Below are positions 30,638 to 40,986 of a stretch of DNA of 61,298 nucleotides, piece by piece; positions within the stretch are counted from its first letter, which is position 1; every line of letters starts with the position of its first letter. The position numbers and the translations under genes were made by a program. The DNA is from Promethearchaeota archaeon Loki_b32 (GTDB lineage: Archaea; Asgardarchaeota; Lokiarchaeia; Sigyniarchaeales; SOKP01). The DNA lies in assembly GCA_005223125.1 (NCBI GenBank), contig NJBH01000022.1:1-61298 (forward strand). The letters are read 5' to 3'. A model generated the notes under the pieces. It saw nothing but the letters and a program-made list of their open reading frames with translations. It ran no database searches and had not been told where the DNA came from.

Positions 30638-31478
30638 GAAAATAAAAATGTTATTACAAATTGATCCTACCGATCTCCTTGATGGAGGTTTTAATTTAGT
30701 TGGAATGATTTTCTTTATAATTGCTGTGTTTATTTCGGTTTTTATTTATTTTAAAAGAAGAACACCAACTAATGCAATATATGTCTTTTCTGTAATTGGA
30801 GGTACATTATATACCTTAGGAAATCTTCTTGACAAGTGGCAACTATGGGATTCTGATTATGCTGACGCTTTTGGTGAGAGTTTTGGATTGTTTATTGGAA
30901 CAGTAGCCTTATTTTTTGCTGTGATTCCTTTCTTAGAGCAAAAACTTGAAAAATCAAGTAATAAAATGAAAGGAGTTATAGAAGCAGCATCCAATGCTAG
31001 TATAAATGTAGCCAATATTGCTAATGAATTAGCAGCTAGTGCCAGTGAAGTAAATGCAGCATCCGAGGAAATTGCATCTTCAACTCAAGAAATGACAACT
31101 AATACTGAGGATGTTATACGCTCCACTAATGAGATAAATAATGTAATGAGCATTATAACTAATATTTCTGATCAAACAAACCTCTTAGCTTTGAATGCCA
31201 GTATTGAGGCAGGAAGAGCAGGTGAACAAGGAAGAGGTTTTGCAGTGGTTGCAGATGAGGTCAGAAAATTAGCTGAAGAATCAAAAGCCGCTGTAAGAAA
31301 CACTAATGATAAGATAAGGGATGTAATTAATAAGATTAACAACTCATTTGGTGCAATGGAAGGAATAAGTGTTTCTGCAGAACAGCAGACAGCATCAATG
31401 GAAGAAGTTTCATCTACTGCTCATAAGTTAGGCACTTTAGCAGAAGATTTAAAGACTTCATTAGCATTAGATGAATAA
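30627..31478 (+). CDS. Short methyl-accepting chemotaxis-like protein with 3-TM N-terminus
   Basis: [40 protein letters not shown]. Confidence 0.9.
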   Translation: MNGEKIKMLLQIDPTDLLDGGFNLVGMIFFIIAVFISVFIYFKRRTPTNAIYVFSVIGGTLYTLGNLLDKWQLWDSDYADAFGESFGLFIGTVALFFAVIPFLEQKLEKSSNKMKGVIEAASNASINVANIANELAASASEVNAASEEIASSTQEMTTNTEDVIRSTNEINNVMSIITNISDQTNLLALNASIEAGRAGEQGRGFAVVADEVRKLAEESKAAVRNTNDKIRDVINKINNSFGAMEGISVSAEQQTASMEEVSSTAHKLGTLAEDLKTSLALDE

Positions 31479-31590
31479 TTCAATTTTAGAGGTGTAGAAG
31501 TATAACTCTAAATTATTTTTTTTTTCATTTTTTTTTATTATAATTTATGCTTATAAATGCAAATCCTAGACTATTCTGAATTCAATAACA

Positions 31591-31624
31591 AGGGGCTTAT
31601 CTTTAATAGATAAGCCTCTTTTTT
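31591..31624 (+). terminator. Stem-loop followed by a T-tract
   Basis: AGGGGCTTATCT-TTAAT-AGATAAGCCTCT-TTTTT, downstream of the MCP gene. Confidence 0.5.
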
Positions 31625-31723
31625 CACTTTTTTTAAAAATTTAAATATTAGTGTAAAAGAAAATTTATATATGTAAAACCTCATAAATATGTATAAAAAG
31701 AAATATTTATTTTCTAATTAGAG

Positions 31724-32617
31724 GTGGGCACCATCCCAGATGATTTGAAAAAAACAAAAGAAATGGAGAATTTTGAGAAAGAGACAGGAAAGAGGGCCAT
31801 TTGGCGGGGAAGTATTACAGAGACTTTTAAAAAATGGCAAAAAGGAGAAGATGATTTCGACATAGATAAAGAAAGAATATCATTATATGTGTCTAAGGAT
31901 ATTAAAGATGAATGGTTAAACTTTGCGAGTAATAACGAGTATTCAACTTTATCTAAATTGATTAGAGAAGCTTTGAAGTTCTTTATTGAGTATAGATCAA
32001 AAATCATTATTAAATATAAAAATGTGGATATTGACCTTCTATCAAGTTTGTCACATGATTTAAAGGAACCTTTGACTTCAATTAAAGGATATTTACAATT
32101 AATTATTGAAGCGCATGGAAATACTTTAGAAGATAAGGTTATATCAATTATAAAGAATGTTTTAGGCCAATGCTCAATCCTTGAGAACAAGATCATTGAT
32201 TATTTAGATAAATTTGAAACTGAAAAAGAAGAGGAAACTAATGGATTGAGTGAGTATGATCTGTTGTTAATTGAGGACGACGTTGAAACAGTGAATTTGT
32301 TAACCAGTTATTTCGACTCATTAGGATTTTCTTGCAAAGGGGTTTTGAGTGGTTTTAAAGGTCTTAAGGAACTCAAGAGACATATTCCAAAACTAATCCT
32401 ACTTGATATAATTTTACCAGATATTAATGGTTATGAAGTTTTGAAAAGAATTAGAGCTGACAGTAAGTTGAAAGATATACCAGTGTTTTTCTTAACTGCA
32501 ATTCCAAATATTGAAGTTGAAAAGAAGATCACCAAATTAGGTGCTACAGGTGCAATCTTAAAGCCTTTTAATTTATCTGATTTTGATACATTACATAAGT
32601 ATTTGAATAGTAAATAA
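31724..32617 (+). CDS. Signal transduction protein: ribbon-helix-helix-like + HisKA + receiver domain, with no HATPase
   Basis: RISLYVSKDIKDEW..LSKLIREAL; SHDLKEPLTSIKGY; LLIEDD..ILLDIILPDING..FLTA..KPF. Confidence 0.8.
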   Translation: MGTIPDDLKKTKEMENFEKETGKRAIWRGSITETFKKWQKGEDDFDIDKERISLYVSKDIKDEWLNFASNNEYSTLSKLIREALKFFIEYRSKIIIKYKNVDIDLLSSLSHDLKEPLTSIKGYLQLIIEAHGNTLEDKVISIIKNVLGQCSILENKIIDYLDKFETEKEEETNGLSEYDLLLIEDDVETVNLLTSYFDSLGFSCKGVLSGFKGLKELKRHIPKLILLDIILPDINGYEVLKRIRADSKLKDIPVFFLTAIPNIEVEKKITKLGATGAILKPFNLSDFDTLHKYLNSK

Positions 32618-32764
32618 AGATCAAATTTATGGGATCAATATTCATTCAAACTTTTTGTTGTCAAAAATTATAATATTGATCAAAAATTAAATTTAAATAC
32701 TTGGAATATGATTATTTTATTAACACAAAAGATTTCTTGAGCACAAAAATTTTAAAATAAATCA

Positions 32765-33583
32765 ATGATAACCGTAAATGAAAACTACCAAAATTTAGTG
32801 GAAAATACCCAGATTTTCCAATTACGTGGTTTTTCTATCTCAGAAATAAATATAGAGGGAAATCTCGAGATTATTTTTCAAAAAGGGATTGGGATCACGC
32901 TTACAGGGAGAATTATTGATATATATAAAGAGGAATTACTAATTAAAAGACAGGGATACATTAGAGACATCGTAGGAACTCTTACTGTATATATGCATTT
33001 CTTTGAAAGAGAGGAAGAGAACAAGCTAATTTTCATGTATATTGATAATATTGAGAATCCCATGAAATACACTGAACTTTATCAGCTATCAAAAAGAGTA
33101 TATAAATGCATTATTTCTAACACCTCAAAAACCGAGATAAGCAAATTTTGTAATAAGATGATCAAAATTCCAAAAGCTCAAGGAATAGTTGGAGTCTTTA
33201 TTATCGATAAAGCAGGGTTCTTATATTATTCAAAGATAAGAAAAAATAGACCAAATATGGCGAATAATAATTTCCAAATCGCTGGTTTTATTTCCGCTAT
33301 ATTAATATATTCACAAGATTTTATTGCTGGAGAAGAATATGGATTAAAACTTGAAGATATTGATCTAGGCGATCAACATTTTTATGTTAAAACTAAAAAA
33401 GGAGTAATCTTTGCATATCTGGTCGACAAAACTAAATGTACAGAAAATATTAAAAGATATATGCAATTGATAATGGAAGAATTTTTAGAAAAGTACTATT
33501 CTTCCCATATTGTGGAGTTTAAAGGTGATTTAGCACCTTTTCATAGTTTTGAAGAAGTGATTGATCAATATTTTGAAATATGA
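32765..33583 (+). CDS. Protein with C-terminal longin-like domain
   Basis: GVFIIDKAGFLYYSK..IAGFISAILIYSQ..IFAYLVD..IMEEFLEKY..FKGDLAPFHSFEEVI. Confidence 0.7.
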   Translation: MITVNENYQNLVENTQIFQLRGFSISEINIEGNLEIIFQKGIGITLTGRIIDIYKEELLIKRQGYIRDIVGTLTVYMHFFEREEENKLIFMYIDNIENPMKYTELYQLSKRVYKCIISNTSKTEISKFCNKMIKIPKAQGIVGVFIIDKAGFLYYSKIRKNRPNMANNNFQIAGFISAILIYSQDFIAGEEYGLKLEDIDLGDQHFYVKTKKGVIFAYLVDKTKCTENIKRYMQLIMEEFLEKYYSSHIVEFKGDLAPFHSFEEVIDQYFEI

Positions 33584-33805
33584 CTGATTATTTTTTGGTT
33601 TTCGAAACATATTTCAGAATAAAAATATCAATTTCTCTTAAACTATTTATCTGGATACTTTTTATTTTATCAAGATTTAAAGATAAAACGACAAATTATA
33701 TCCAAAATTATATATAATTATTAATAACGCAATAAATAATATCATAGCGTCAATCATAAAATTTATTAAATTTATTTATTAATACCAAAGGTTATATATA
33801 ACATA

Positions 33806-34159
33806 ATGACCGCAACACTTCAGCTTGACCTTGTTCTCGACAGTTTAATAAAGACATTGGGAGCTAAAGTTTATTTTGTCATAATAACATCTGAAAATGG
33901 AGCTGTGATTAAGTCTTATATAAATCAAGAATTCAATAAATCTTCAATTGGGTTAAATATGTCGCAATTATATGAACTCGCTGAAGAAATAACCTCTGAA
34001 ATCGGTGTTCATGACCCTGATTTCAATGTAATTCATTCAGATAATTTTTATATCTTGTCCATTAAAATACTTGGGAAAATAGTAATTGTACTTACAGAAG
34101 ATCAAGTAGAATTTTCATCTATTTTTGAAATTATAAATAAGTGTATAGTTACAAATTAA
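33806..34159 (+). CDS. Roadblock/LC7 (profilin-like fold) protein
   Basis: VYFVIITSENGAVI, a helix, three strands and a terminal helix; 117 aa. Confidence 0.6.
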   Translation: MTATLQLDLVLDSLIKTLGAKVYFVIITSENGAVIKSYINQEFNKSSIGLNMSQLYELAEEITSEIGVHDPDFNVIHSDNFYILSIKILGKIVIVLTEDQVEFSSIFEIINKCIVTN

Positions 34160-34194
34160 ATAATATTGATTTTAAATTAAATAATATTGATTTT
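34153..34194. repeat. Perfect 21-bp tandem duplication
   Basis: AAATTAAATAATATTGATTTT x2. Confidence 0.8.
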
Positions 34195-34308
34195 ATCATA
34201 GGTTAATAGACATTTAAATTAAAAGCTAAACATTTATAAAATTCCCTAACTAATAACTTATCAATTCAATCTAAGTATAAACATCATAAGAAAAATAAGT
34301 GTATTAAT

Positions 34309-34794
34309 GTGAAATATGAAAAAAATCAATATTCTGAAGGATTTTCAATTTGTGCTTTGATTATTGCGGGAGCATTCTTGTATTGGGGGATAAATAGTTT
34401 TATTAATTGGGGAGATGGTTTTGAATGGTGGGGTTTTATATCAACTGGAATTGGAATAGCTATTTTACTTAGTCAAATATTTGCAATAACTAATAGAAGT
34501 AAACTAAGGAATGTAGTTTTATCAGAATTCCAAGAAAATCCAGAGGCAACAGTAGACGATATTAGTAAGAGTACTGGAATTACTCAAAAAGATATTCAGG
34601 CAATAATTTTAGATTTAAAAGCTTCAGGTCAATTACGAGGTAAATTTAATACAACCACAGGACAAATTAAGCATTTATCAATACCTGAAAAAGAAGTTCC
34701 TGCTGAAGAACGAGCAAAATATTGTTCTAATTGTGGAACCCCTATAACAAAAGATGCCGCACAATTTTGTTCATATTGTGGAGCTCAAATATAA
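34309..34794 (+). CDS. Membrane-anchored PCI-like winged helix + zinc-ribbon protein
   Basis: 2 TM; TVDDISKSTGITQKDIQAIILDLKASGQLRGKFNTTTGQI; CSNCG..CSYCG. Confidence 0.7.
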   Translation: MKYEKNQYSEGFSICALIIAGAFLYWGINSFINWGDGFEWWGFISTGIGIAILLSQIFAITNRSKLRNVVLSEFQENPEATVDDISKSTGITQKDIQAIILDLKASGQLRGKFNTTTGQIKHLSIPEKEVPAEERAKYCSNCGTPITKDAAQFCSYCGAQI

Positions 34795-34844
34795 TCAAAA
34801 CATATTTTTTTTACTTATACTTATAAAGGAAAACAAGAGATATT

Positions 34845-35816
34845 TTAAGGAGGATATCTCAATTCGTAAATACTTTTACCACCATTAAGCGGTCCTTTAA
34901 TATATGGTTCAATTTCTTTTGGATCTCGTTGAGTAATTCCTTCGATAGGGGGTAACTTTCCTGGTGGAAACATTTTTAATATATCATTAACGAGGCTTTC
35001 CAAATAATCTAGAAATGCTTCAATACCTGGTTTTCCTTTTTCAAATGTAGCTTTACTAGGACATCCAACATGGCCCTCAGGATAAGCAGAAACTTCAATA
35101 GGTCCAAATCCCACTTGACCATACCATTTGATTGGGCGTTGATAAATATTTCCTGCTTTATCTACATGACCTTCTGGCATCCAACCTACATGAGTATTAT
35201 CTTCACATGAATCTATCTTCTTCACCATCTCAGGGAAAAGTGTCATTGAAAAAGAAGTTTCAGCTTCATCTGCATGAATAAAAGGTGTTTCAAATGGACC
35301 TCCATGCTCTTGATCCATACAATGTTGAGGAATTGCGTGATACCAATTGACATTGCATATTACCATAGGTAATTGATAGTTTTTAGCAAATTCGTGTATT
35401 GCACTCGGAATTACATATTCTTGACCATGACCGTTTAATAGTATCATTTTCCTAAAGCCCATATTCCAGCATCCAGCCATCACTGATCTTAATAGAGATT
35501 TAAAAGTCTCTTCGGGAACAATGATAGTCCCTGGCATTCCTAAATGATGATATGGATGCGAACCATACCAAGTTGGTTGAGCAACAGTGCATCCAGTTTT
35601 TTGTGCTACTAATTCCGCCATTCGTGTTACCAAGAAAGTGTCTTCTCCAATACAAGCTGCAGGTCCATGATTTTCAGTTGATCCACAGGGAATGATAATA
35701 ACATCATTCTTTTTTAAGCGTTCATTGATTTCACGAATGGACATTGTTTGAAGATATATACCACTCGGTTTATCCATGTGACCAAATTCTTTGGGAGGTA
35801 AATTCCAGTCTGTCAT
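34845..35816 (-). CDS. iolN: 3-dehydro-scyllo-inosose hydrolase (creatininase family)
   Basis: GSTENHG..ED, NGHGQ, HADEAETS; GHMDK..GIYLQTM N-terminus; inositol-cluster context. Confidence 0.8.
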   Translation of the reverse strand: MTDWNLPPKEFGHMDKPSGIYLQTMSIREINERLKKNDVIIIPCGSTENHGPAACIGEDTFLVTRMAELVAQKTGCTVAQPTWYGSHPYHHLGMPGTIIVPEETFKSLLRSVMAGCWNMGFRKMILLNGHGQEYVIPSAIHEFAKNYQLPMVICNVNWYHAIPQHCMDQEHGGPFETPFIHADEAETSFSMTLFPEMVKKIDSCEDNTHVGWMPEGHVDKAGNIYQRPIKWYGQVGFGPIEVSAYPEGHVGCPSKATFEKGKPGIEAFLDYLESLVNDILKMFPPGKLPPIEGITQRDPKEIEPYIKGPLNGGKSIYELRYPP

Positions 35817-35913
35817 ATTTCTATATCATCATTCAGAAAATTTAAATTTATTATTACTATTTGCTTAAATTAAATATGAACTAATTATGTAAGCTTTTTT
35901 TTATTTTTTAATT

Positions 35914-35932
35914 TAAACGGCATACCCGTTTA
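35914..35932. promoter_or_regulatory. Palindromic candidate operator between divergent iolN and iolO
   Basis: TAAACGG-CATAC-CCGTTTA in an otherwise very AT-rich spacer. Confidence 0.4.
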
Positions 35933-36137
35933 GTTTAAATTATTATATATGGTTTTTGAATCAGTACGCAAAACTCTCTTATTGAATAAACCTCTTTTTA
36001 GGAGGTAATTCCCATTTACTCATTTTATTTCACATGAAAAAATCTATATATAAATAAATGATCCATTAGTTTAAACTCTTAAAGTATTAAATTAATATTG
36101 TTATATTAGTAAATTTCTATTCTATAAGGAAAAGACG

Positions 36138-36950
36138 ATGAAATTAAGCATTGTTTCTGAATTAAATGAAACCAGAAATTCCCAAGATGAGATAATAAAG
36201 AATTTTTCAAGGTTATGTGAATTTTTAAAGTCTTTAAACTATGATGGAATTGAACTTTCGCTACTGGAACCGGAAAAAATTGATGCCAAAAGGTTAAATG
36301 AAATTAGAGATTCATACAACTTAGAAATCTCTGCTATTGGAACAGGAAGTACTTATATTCGTTTTGGTTATTCTTTAGGACATCAAAACGAACAGATAAG
36401 GAATAAAGCAATTAAAAGGATTGAGACATATATAGATTTTGCTCAAGAACTCCAATCCAAAGTTATTATTGGTTTAATTCGAGGACGGTATAATTATGAC
36501 AGTAGTTATAAAAAGGAAAAGTATAATATCAAAAGTTCCTTAAGAGAGTGTTGCCAGTTAGCAGAAAAAAATGGAGTTATGTTGTTATTTGAACCAATTA
36601 ATAGATTTGAAATCGATTCATATAATACAATTTCCGAATCAGTAAATTTAATAGAAGAAATTGACTCAAATTATTTAAAATTGTTAATCGATTCTTACCA
36701 TACGTATTTAGAAGAAGATCCCGGTTTTATTTGGGATTATTTAAAAGAGATTACTCAACATGTTGCTCATTTACATTTAGCAGATTGTACTCGTCGAGCT
36801 CCGGGCACAGGTCATTTTGATTTTAGAACTTTTTTGAATATCTTTAAAAATGCTGGCTATAATGGATTTGCTTCAATAGAAACTATAATGAAACCATCTT
36901 TTGAAGAAGTTGCTAAACAAACGTCAGAATATTTAAGACTAATTTTGTAA
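36138..36950 (+). CDS. iolO: Sugar phosphate isomerase/epimerase, likely 5-keto-L-gluconate epimerase
   Basis: AIGTG, VIIGLIRG, EPINRFE, DSYH, HLAD..RRAPGTGHFDF, SIE; cluster context. Confidence 0.75.
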   Translation: MKLSIVSELNETRNSQDEIIKNFSRLCEFLKSLNYDGIELSLLEPEKIDAKRLNEIRDSYNLEISAIGTGSTYIRFGYSLGHQNEQIRNKAIKRIETYIDFAQELQSKVIIGLIRGRYNYDSSYKKEKYNIKSSLRECCQLAEKNGVMLLFEPINRFEIDSYNTISESVNLIEEIDSNYLKLLIDSYHTYLEEDPGFIWDYLKEITQHVAHLHLADCTRRAPGTGHFDFRTFLNIFKNAGYNGFASIETIMKPSFEEVAKQTSEYLRLIL

Positions 36951-37039
36951 AATAAAAAGAATAAAATATGAGTTATTTAATATCGATTACTTGCTTTTCA
37001 TTAAGTTTTACTGTTTTTTTAGGAACAATCTGTACTAAT

Positions 37040-38218
37040 TTAATCAATTTTAACTGAGATTTTACAGTTTTCTTTGTCAGTTTGTAAAAGTTTAAGGTAT
37101 TCAGGAACCTCATCAAGTAAGATTTCTTTTGTGATCATTGGAGTCATATCCATTTCTGCTGCCATGCAATTAATAACATTAGGAAAATTGCCGTGACCAG
37201 AATGACCTTGAGATCCGATAATGCGTGCTCTCCTTACTTGGAAATATTCACCACAAACGGGCATATTTTGTTCTGCTCTTGCTACGATAACTACAGTGCT
37301 ATTAACTGCCTTACATTCCCATATAGCATTTTGTATATCATCTGTTACAATATCTGGTAAACCTGTAGCTTCAAGATATAAAGCAGCTCCTTCATTATCA
37401 GTATATTCTTTAATTTTTTCAAGGAAATTGTCTTTTAGTGGATTTATCACATAATCAGCACCCATTTCTTTAGCTAGTGATGCTCGGCTATCTTCAGGTT
37501 CTGAAACAATACATAGAGCTGCTCCAGCCATCTTTAGAATTTTAACTGCTGCTAAACCAATAGGCCCATTCCCCAGAATTACTACATTTTCCCCTGGTCG
37601 AATTCCACCACCTCTTTCAATAACCGCATTATATGCCACTGAAGTTGGTTCTACTAAACTCCCTATCTTAAAAATATCATCATACTTATCTTTCAATTTC
37701 TTTAAACTCCAGCATAATTTGGCTGGAACTGCAATATATTCAGCATAAGCACCATCAATAGAAAAACCAATTTCTTGTAATCTTTCACAATGATTTGGGT
37801 AACCATCACAACAAGGTTTACATTCTCCGCACCAGACCATTTCTTCAACTGTTACAGGTTCTCCTTTTTCATATAGCATTCCAGTTCTTTTATTAATTGC
37901 TTGACTTCCAACTTCAACAACTTCGCCAGCAAACTCATGTCCAAGGGTTACTGGAAAGGCTGTTAATCCTGGATAATATATATATCCGTCTTCATGTGTT
38001 TGGAGCATATGCACATCGGATCCACATATTCCGCATCTTTTTAACTTGATCAATACTTCATTTGGTTTAATATGGGGTTTTGGTTTCTCTACTATTTCAA
38101 CAACAGGATTACGCCAAACTTGTGAACCTAAGTAAGTCAGTTTTCCTTCTGAATCTTTAGAACCTAAAGTAAATTCTGGTTTAGGGTCCCATTTAGCTTT
38201 AATTTGTACAGTTTTCAT
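37040..38218 (-). CDS. iolM: scyllo-inosose 3-dehydrogenase (Zn-dependent MDR family)
   Basis: CGICGSD..YPGLT..GHE, WCGECKPC..C, GSLVEPTSVAYNA, GSQGHSGHG. Confidence 0.82.
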   Translation of the reverse strand: MKTVQIKAKWDPKPEFTLGSKDSEGKLTYLGSQVWRNPVVEIVEKPKPHIKPNEVLIKLKRCGICGSDVHMLQTHEDGYIYYPGLTAFPVTLGHEFAGEVVEVGSQAINKRTGMLYEKGEPVTVEEMVWCGECKPCCDGYPNHCERLQEIGFSIDGAYAEYIAVPAKLCWSLKKLKDKYDDIFKIGSLVEPTSVAYNAVIERGGGIRPGENVVILGNGPIGLAAVKILKMAGAALCIVSEPEDSRASLAKEMGADYVINPLKDNFLEKIKEYTDNEGAALYLEATGLPDIVTDDIQNAIWECKAVNSTVVIVARAEQNMPVCGEYFQVRRARIIGSQGHSGHGNFPNVINCMAAEMDMTPMITKEILLDEVPEYLKLLQTDKENCKISVKID

Positions 38219-38334
38219 TTTACTTATATTTATAAAAAGAAATAATTAACTTATTTAGTGTAATTAAAGAAAGAAAAAAATTTTTTTTAAATTTCTTGGA
38301 AAAAAAAATATTGAGAAAAATTTTTAGATATTGG

Positions 38335-39750
38335 TTATGTTGTACTACTTTTCTTTATATTGTGCAATTCAGTTAATTTTTTTCTGTTTTCTCTAAGTCT
38401 TTCTCCTTTAATTGGATAGAAATACATACCCACCAGAGAAATCGCTAAGACAATTGCTGGGTAAATTCCCATTAAAATTCGAAGTCCTAAAATGGGGTCT
38501 GCACCCGGATTTGGTTCATAGTTCATCCAATCTGACGCTGTAAAAACCAAACTAATAATTACGAAATTAAGGATCATTGATAATCTAATAAGAAAATTAA
38601 GAACTGCATAGTAAATACCAGATCGTCGAACTCCGTATGTGATTTCATCCTCATCGATTATTTCTGCAATACATTGATCGTAAAAGTAAAGTCCTCCTCC
38701 TAATCCTATTCCAAGGAAAATCATACAGATTAAGGCCATTTCAAAATTAATTGAATATGCAAAAAACAATACCGATACTAAAAATACCACAATTCCTATC
38801 AAGCCACACATTCGAGCACCTTTCTTAACTCTTATCCTCTCCCATAAAGGAGTAGCTGCAGCAGAAACAAGAAACATAATTAAAAGTAGTATTCCTATTA
38901 ATTCTGTATCCTTAATCCCAACAGCATAGGTAAAAAAAAGTGGCGATAATGTTGGTAAAATATTTATTACAAGCCAGGTACCGAGAGCAGGGAATAAAAA
39001 TAGTAAAAACGATTTGTGTTTAAATGTAAATTTTAATGTATTTGTGAAAGACATAGCAGATTCTGCATCCTTTGAAATATGTTTAGGATCTCTGACTCCC
39101 CATTTAAGAATTATAAAATAAAAAATAAAGATAATAATTGCTGCTACGACCCCAGAAATTAGATATTGAGTTAAAGTAGATGGATCGTTGTTTATATTAG
39201 TAATATCCTCAATTACTAAAGTGGGTAAAACCAGAGCGAGCATTGTTGCAAGCAATACAAAAATTATACGTATTCTTCCAGTTGCACTACGCTCTCTCAT
39301 ATCAACAAACATTTCAGAAAAAAGTGCATTGTAGTTCAAATTAAATGAAGTATATGCTATATCAAATAGTATCATTATTATGAAGAAGTAAATAAAAACA
39401 GATTCATCTTGACTATAAGTGGACGGGGGAGTAAATAATAATATCATTAGAACACCAAGTGGGATAGTAGCACCTAGCATCCATGGAATCCTACGTCCCC
39501 ATCTACTTTTTGTTCTATCAGAAAGATACCCAATTAAGGGATCATTAAAAGCATTCCATAGAGCCCATAGTATAAATCCTAAAGTCATTAAGGGAGTAGG
39601 TATCCTCACCACAGTGAAGTAAAAAGTAAAAATTAAAAAAGTAAACGTGTTTAAAGCCATATTATCTCCAACTTCTCCACATGCAAAAGCTAATTTCGTT
39701 CGCAGAGATATTTTTCTGGATTCATTTTCATTCATAAAATCATTTCTCAC
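38335..39750 (-). CDS. MFS transporter, glycoside-pentoside-hexuronide (GPH) family
   Basis: WNAFNDPLIGYLSDRTKSRWGRRIPW; IIDEDE..RRSGIYY; about 12 TM. Confidence 0.88.
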   Translation of the reverse strand: MRNDFMNENESRKISLRTKLAFACGEVGDNMALNTFTFLIFTFYFTVVRIPTPLMTLGFILWALWNAFNDPLIGYLSDRTKSRWGRRIPWMLGATIPLGVLMILLFTPPSTYSQDESVFIYFFIIMILFDIAYTSFNLNYNALFSEMFVDMRERSATGRIRIIFVLLATMLALVLPTLVIEDITNINNDPSTLTQYLISGVVAAIIIFIFYFIILKWGVRDPKHISKDAESAMSFTNTLKFTFKHKSFLLFLFPALGTWLVINILPTLSPLFFTYAVGIKDTELIGILLLIMFLVSAAATPLWERIRVKKGARMCGLIGIVVFLVSVLFFAYSINFEMALICMIFLGIGLGGGLYFYDQCIAEIIDEDEITYGVRRSGIYYAVLNFLIRLSMILNFVIISLVFTASDWMNYEPNPGADPILGLRILMGIYPAIVLAISLVGMYFYPIKGERLRENRKKLTELHNIKKSSTT

Positions 39751-39912
39751 TTCCTATAGATTTTTATTTTAAAACCATTTTTTTTTTATGTGAAATGCTA
39801 AAATTAAATATGATTAAATATTTGATATTTCACTTTAAATAAATTTCGTTAATTAGGTTTTTTTTCTAAATTTTTGAAATTTAAATAATTAAAAGTTTGT
39901 GTGGGATAAATA

Positions 39913-40938
39913 ATGACAAATTTTTTCACAGTTGGAGTAATTGGAGCCGGTAGAATTGGAAAAATACATATCGAAAATCTATTAAGCAAAATAGCTTATG
40001 TTAATTTAAAAATTGTGGCTGATATTAATATAAACGATAAATTAAGACAATGGGCAGAAGAAAAAGGTGTACCAAAACTCACTACCGATGCATATGAAAT
40101 CTTGAATGATCCTGAAATTGAAATAGTAATAATTTGCTCGCCTACAGATACTCACGCTAAATTTATTCAGGAAGCTGCCAAGGCGAAAAAACATGTCTTT
40201 TGTGAGAAACCAATTGATACGGATATAATGCGGATTAAAGAAACACTTTCAGTTGTTAAAGAAACAGAGGTAAAACTCATGGTGGGATTTAATCGACGTT
40301 TTGATCGTAATTTTATGAGATGTTATGAATCAGTCGCTTCTGGTCAAATAGGTGAACCTCAAATTGTTAAAATTACTTCTCGAGACCCCGCTCCCCCTCC
40401 CATAGAGTATATAAAAGTATCGGGAGGTATTTTTCTTGATATGACTATTCATGATTGGGATATGGCAAGATTCCAAGCTGGAAGTGAGGTGGAAGAAGTC
40501 TATGCAACAGGAGCGGTACTTATCGATCCTGAAATTGGGAAAGCAGGAGATATAGATACGGCTGTATCTGTTTTAAAATTTAAAAACGGAGCAATGGGAA
40601 TAATTGATAACACTCGTCAAGCAGTTTATGGATATGATCAACGTGTTGAAGTATTTGGTTCTAAAGGATGTGTTGTTGCTGATAATGAGGCTACTAATAC
40701 TGTCCGTATTTATACTGCTGAATGTATTAAAATTGACAAGATTCCATACTTTTTCATGGAAAGATATTTAGAATCTTATTCCACTGAATTGGAATATTTC
40801 TTTGAATGCTTGCGTAAAAATATAGATCCTAAGCCTGACGGGGAAGATGGTTTACAAAATGTTCTAGTAGCATTAGCCGCTCAGAAATCTTATGAAGAAA
40901 ATCGTCCTGTAAAGATTTCTGAGGTCGAAAAGTATTAA
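39913..40938 (+). CDS. iolG: myo-inositol 2-dehydrogenase
   Basis: GAGRIG, CEKP, GFNRRFD, ITSRDP, SGGIFLDMTIHD, YGYDQRVEVFG. Confidence 0.93.
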   Translation: MTNFFTVGVIGAGRIGKIHIENLLSKIAYVNLKIVADININDKLRQWAEEKGVPKLTTDAYEILNDPEIEIVIICSPTDTHAKFIQEAAKAKKHVFCEKPIDTDIMRIKETLSVVKETEVKLMVGFNRRFDRNFMRCYESVASGQIGEPQIVKITSRDPAPPPIEYIKVSGGIFLDMTIHDWDMARFQAGSEVEEVYATGAVLIDPEIGKAGDIDTAVSVLKFKNGAMGIIDNTRQAVYGYDQRVEVFGSKGCVVADNEATNTVRIYTAECIKIDKIPYFFMERYLESYSTELEYFFECLRKNIDPKPDGEDGLQNVLVALAAQKSYEENRPVKISEVEKY

Positions 40939-40986
40939 TATTTAGATTTATAAATCAATTATGTAAAAATAGTAGAGTGATTATTT

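Noticed and set aside
17941-31478. A complete chemotaxis or motility system
   Set aside because: Only receptors are present; there are no che or archaellum genes in the window.
34153-34194. Tandem 21-bp repeat as a possible CRISPR remnant
   Set aside because: Only two adjacent copies, no spacer and no cas genes; consistent with replication slippage. No CRISPR array was seen anywhere in the window.
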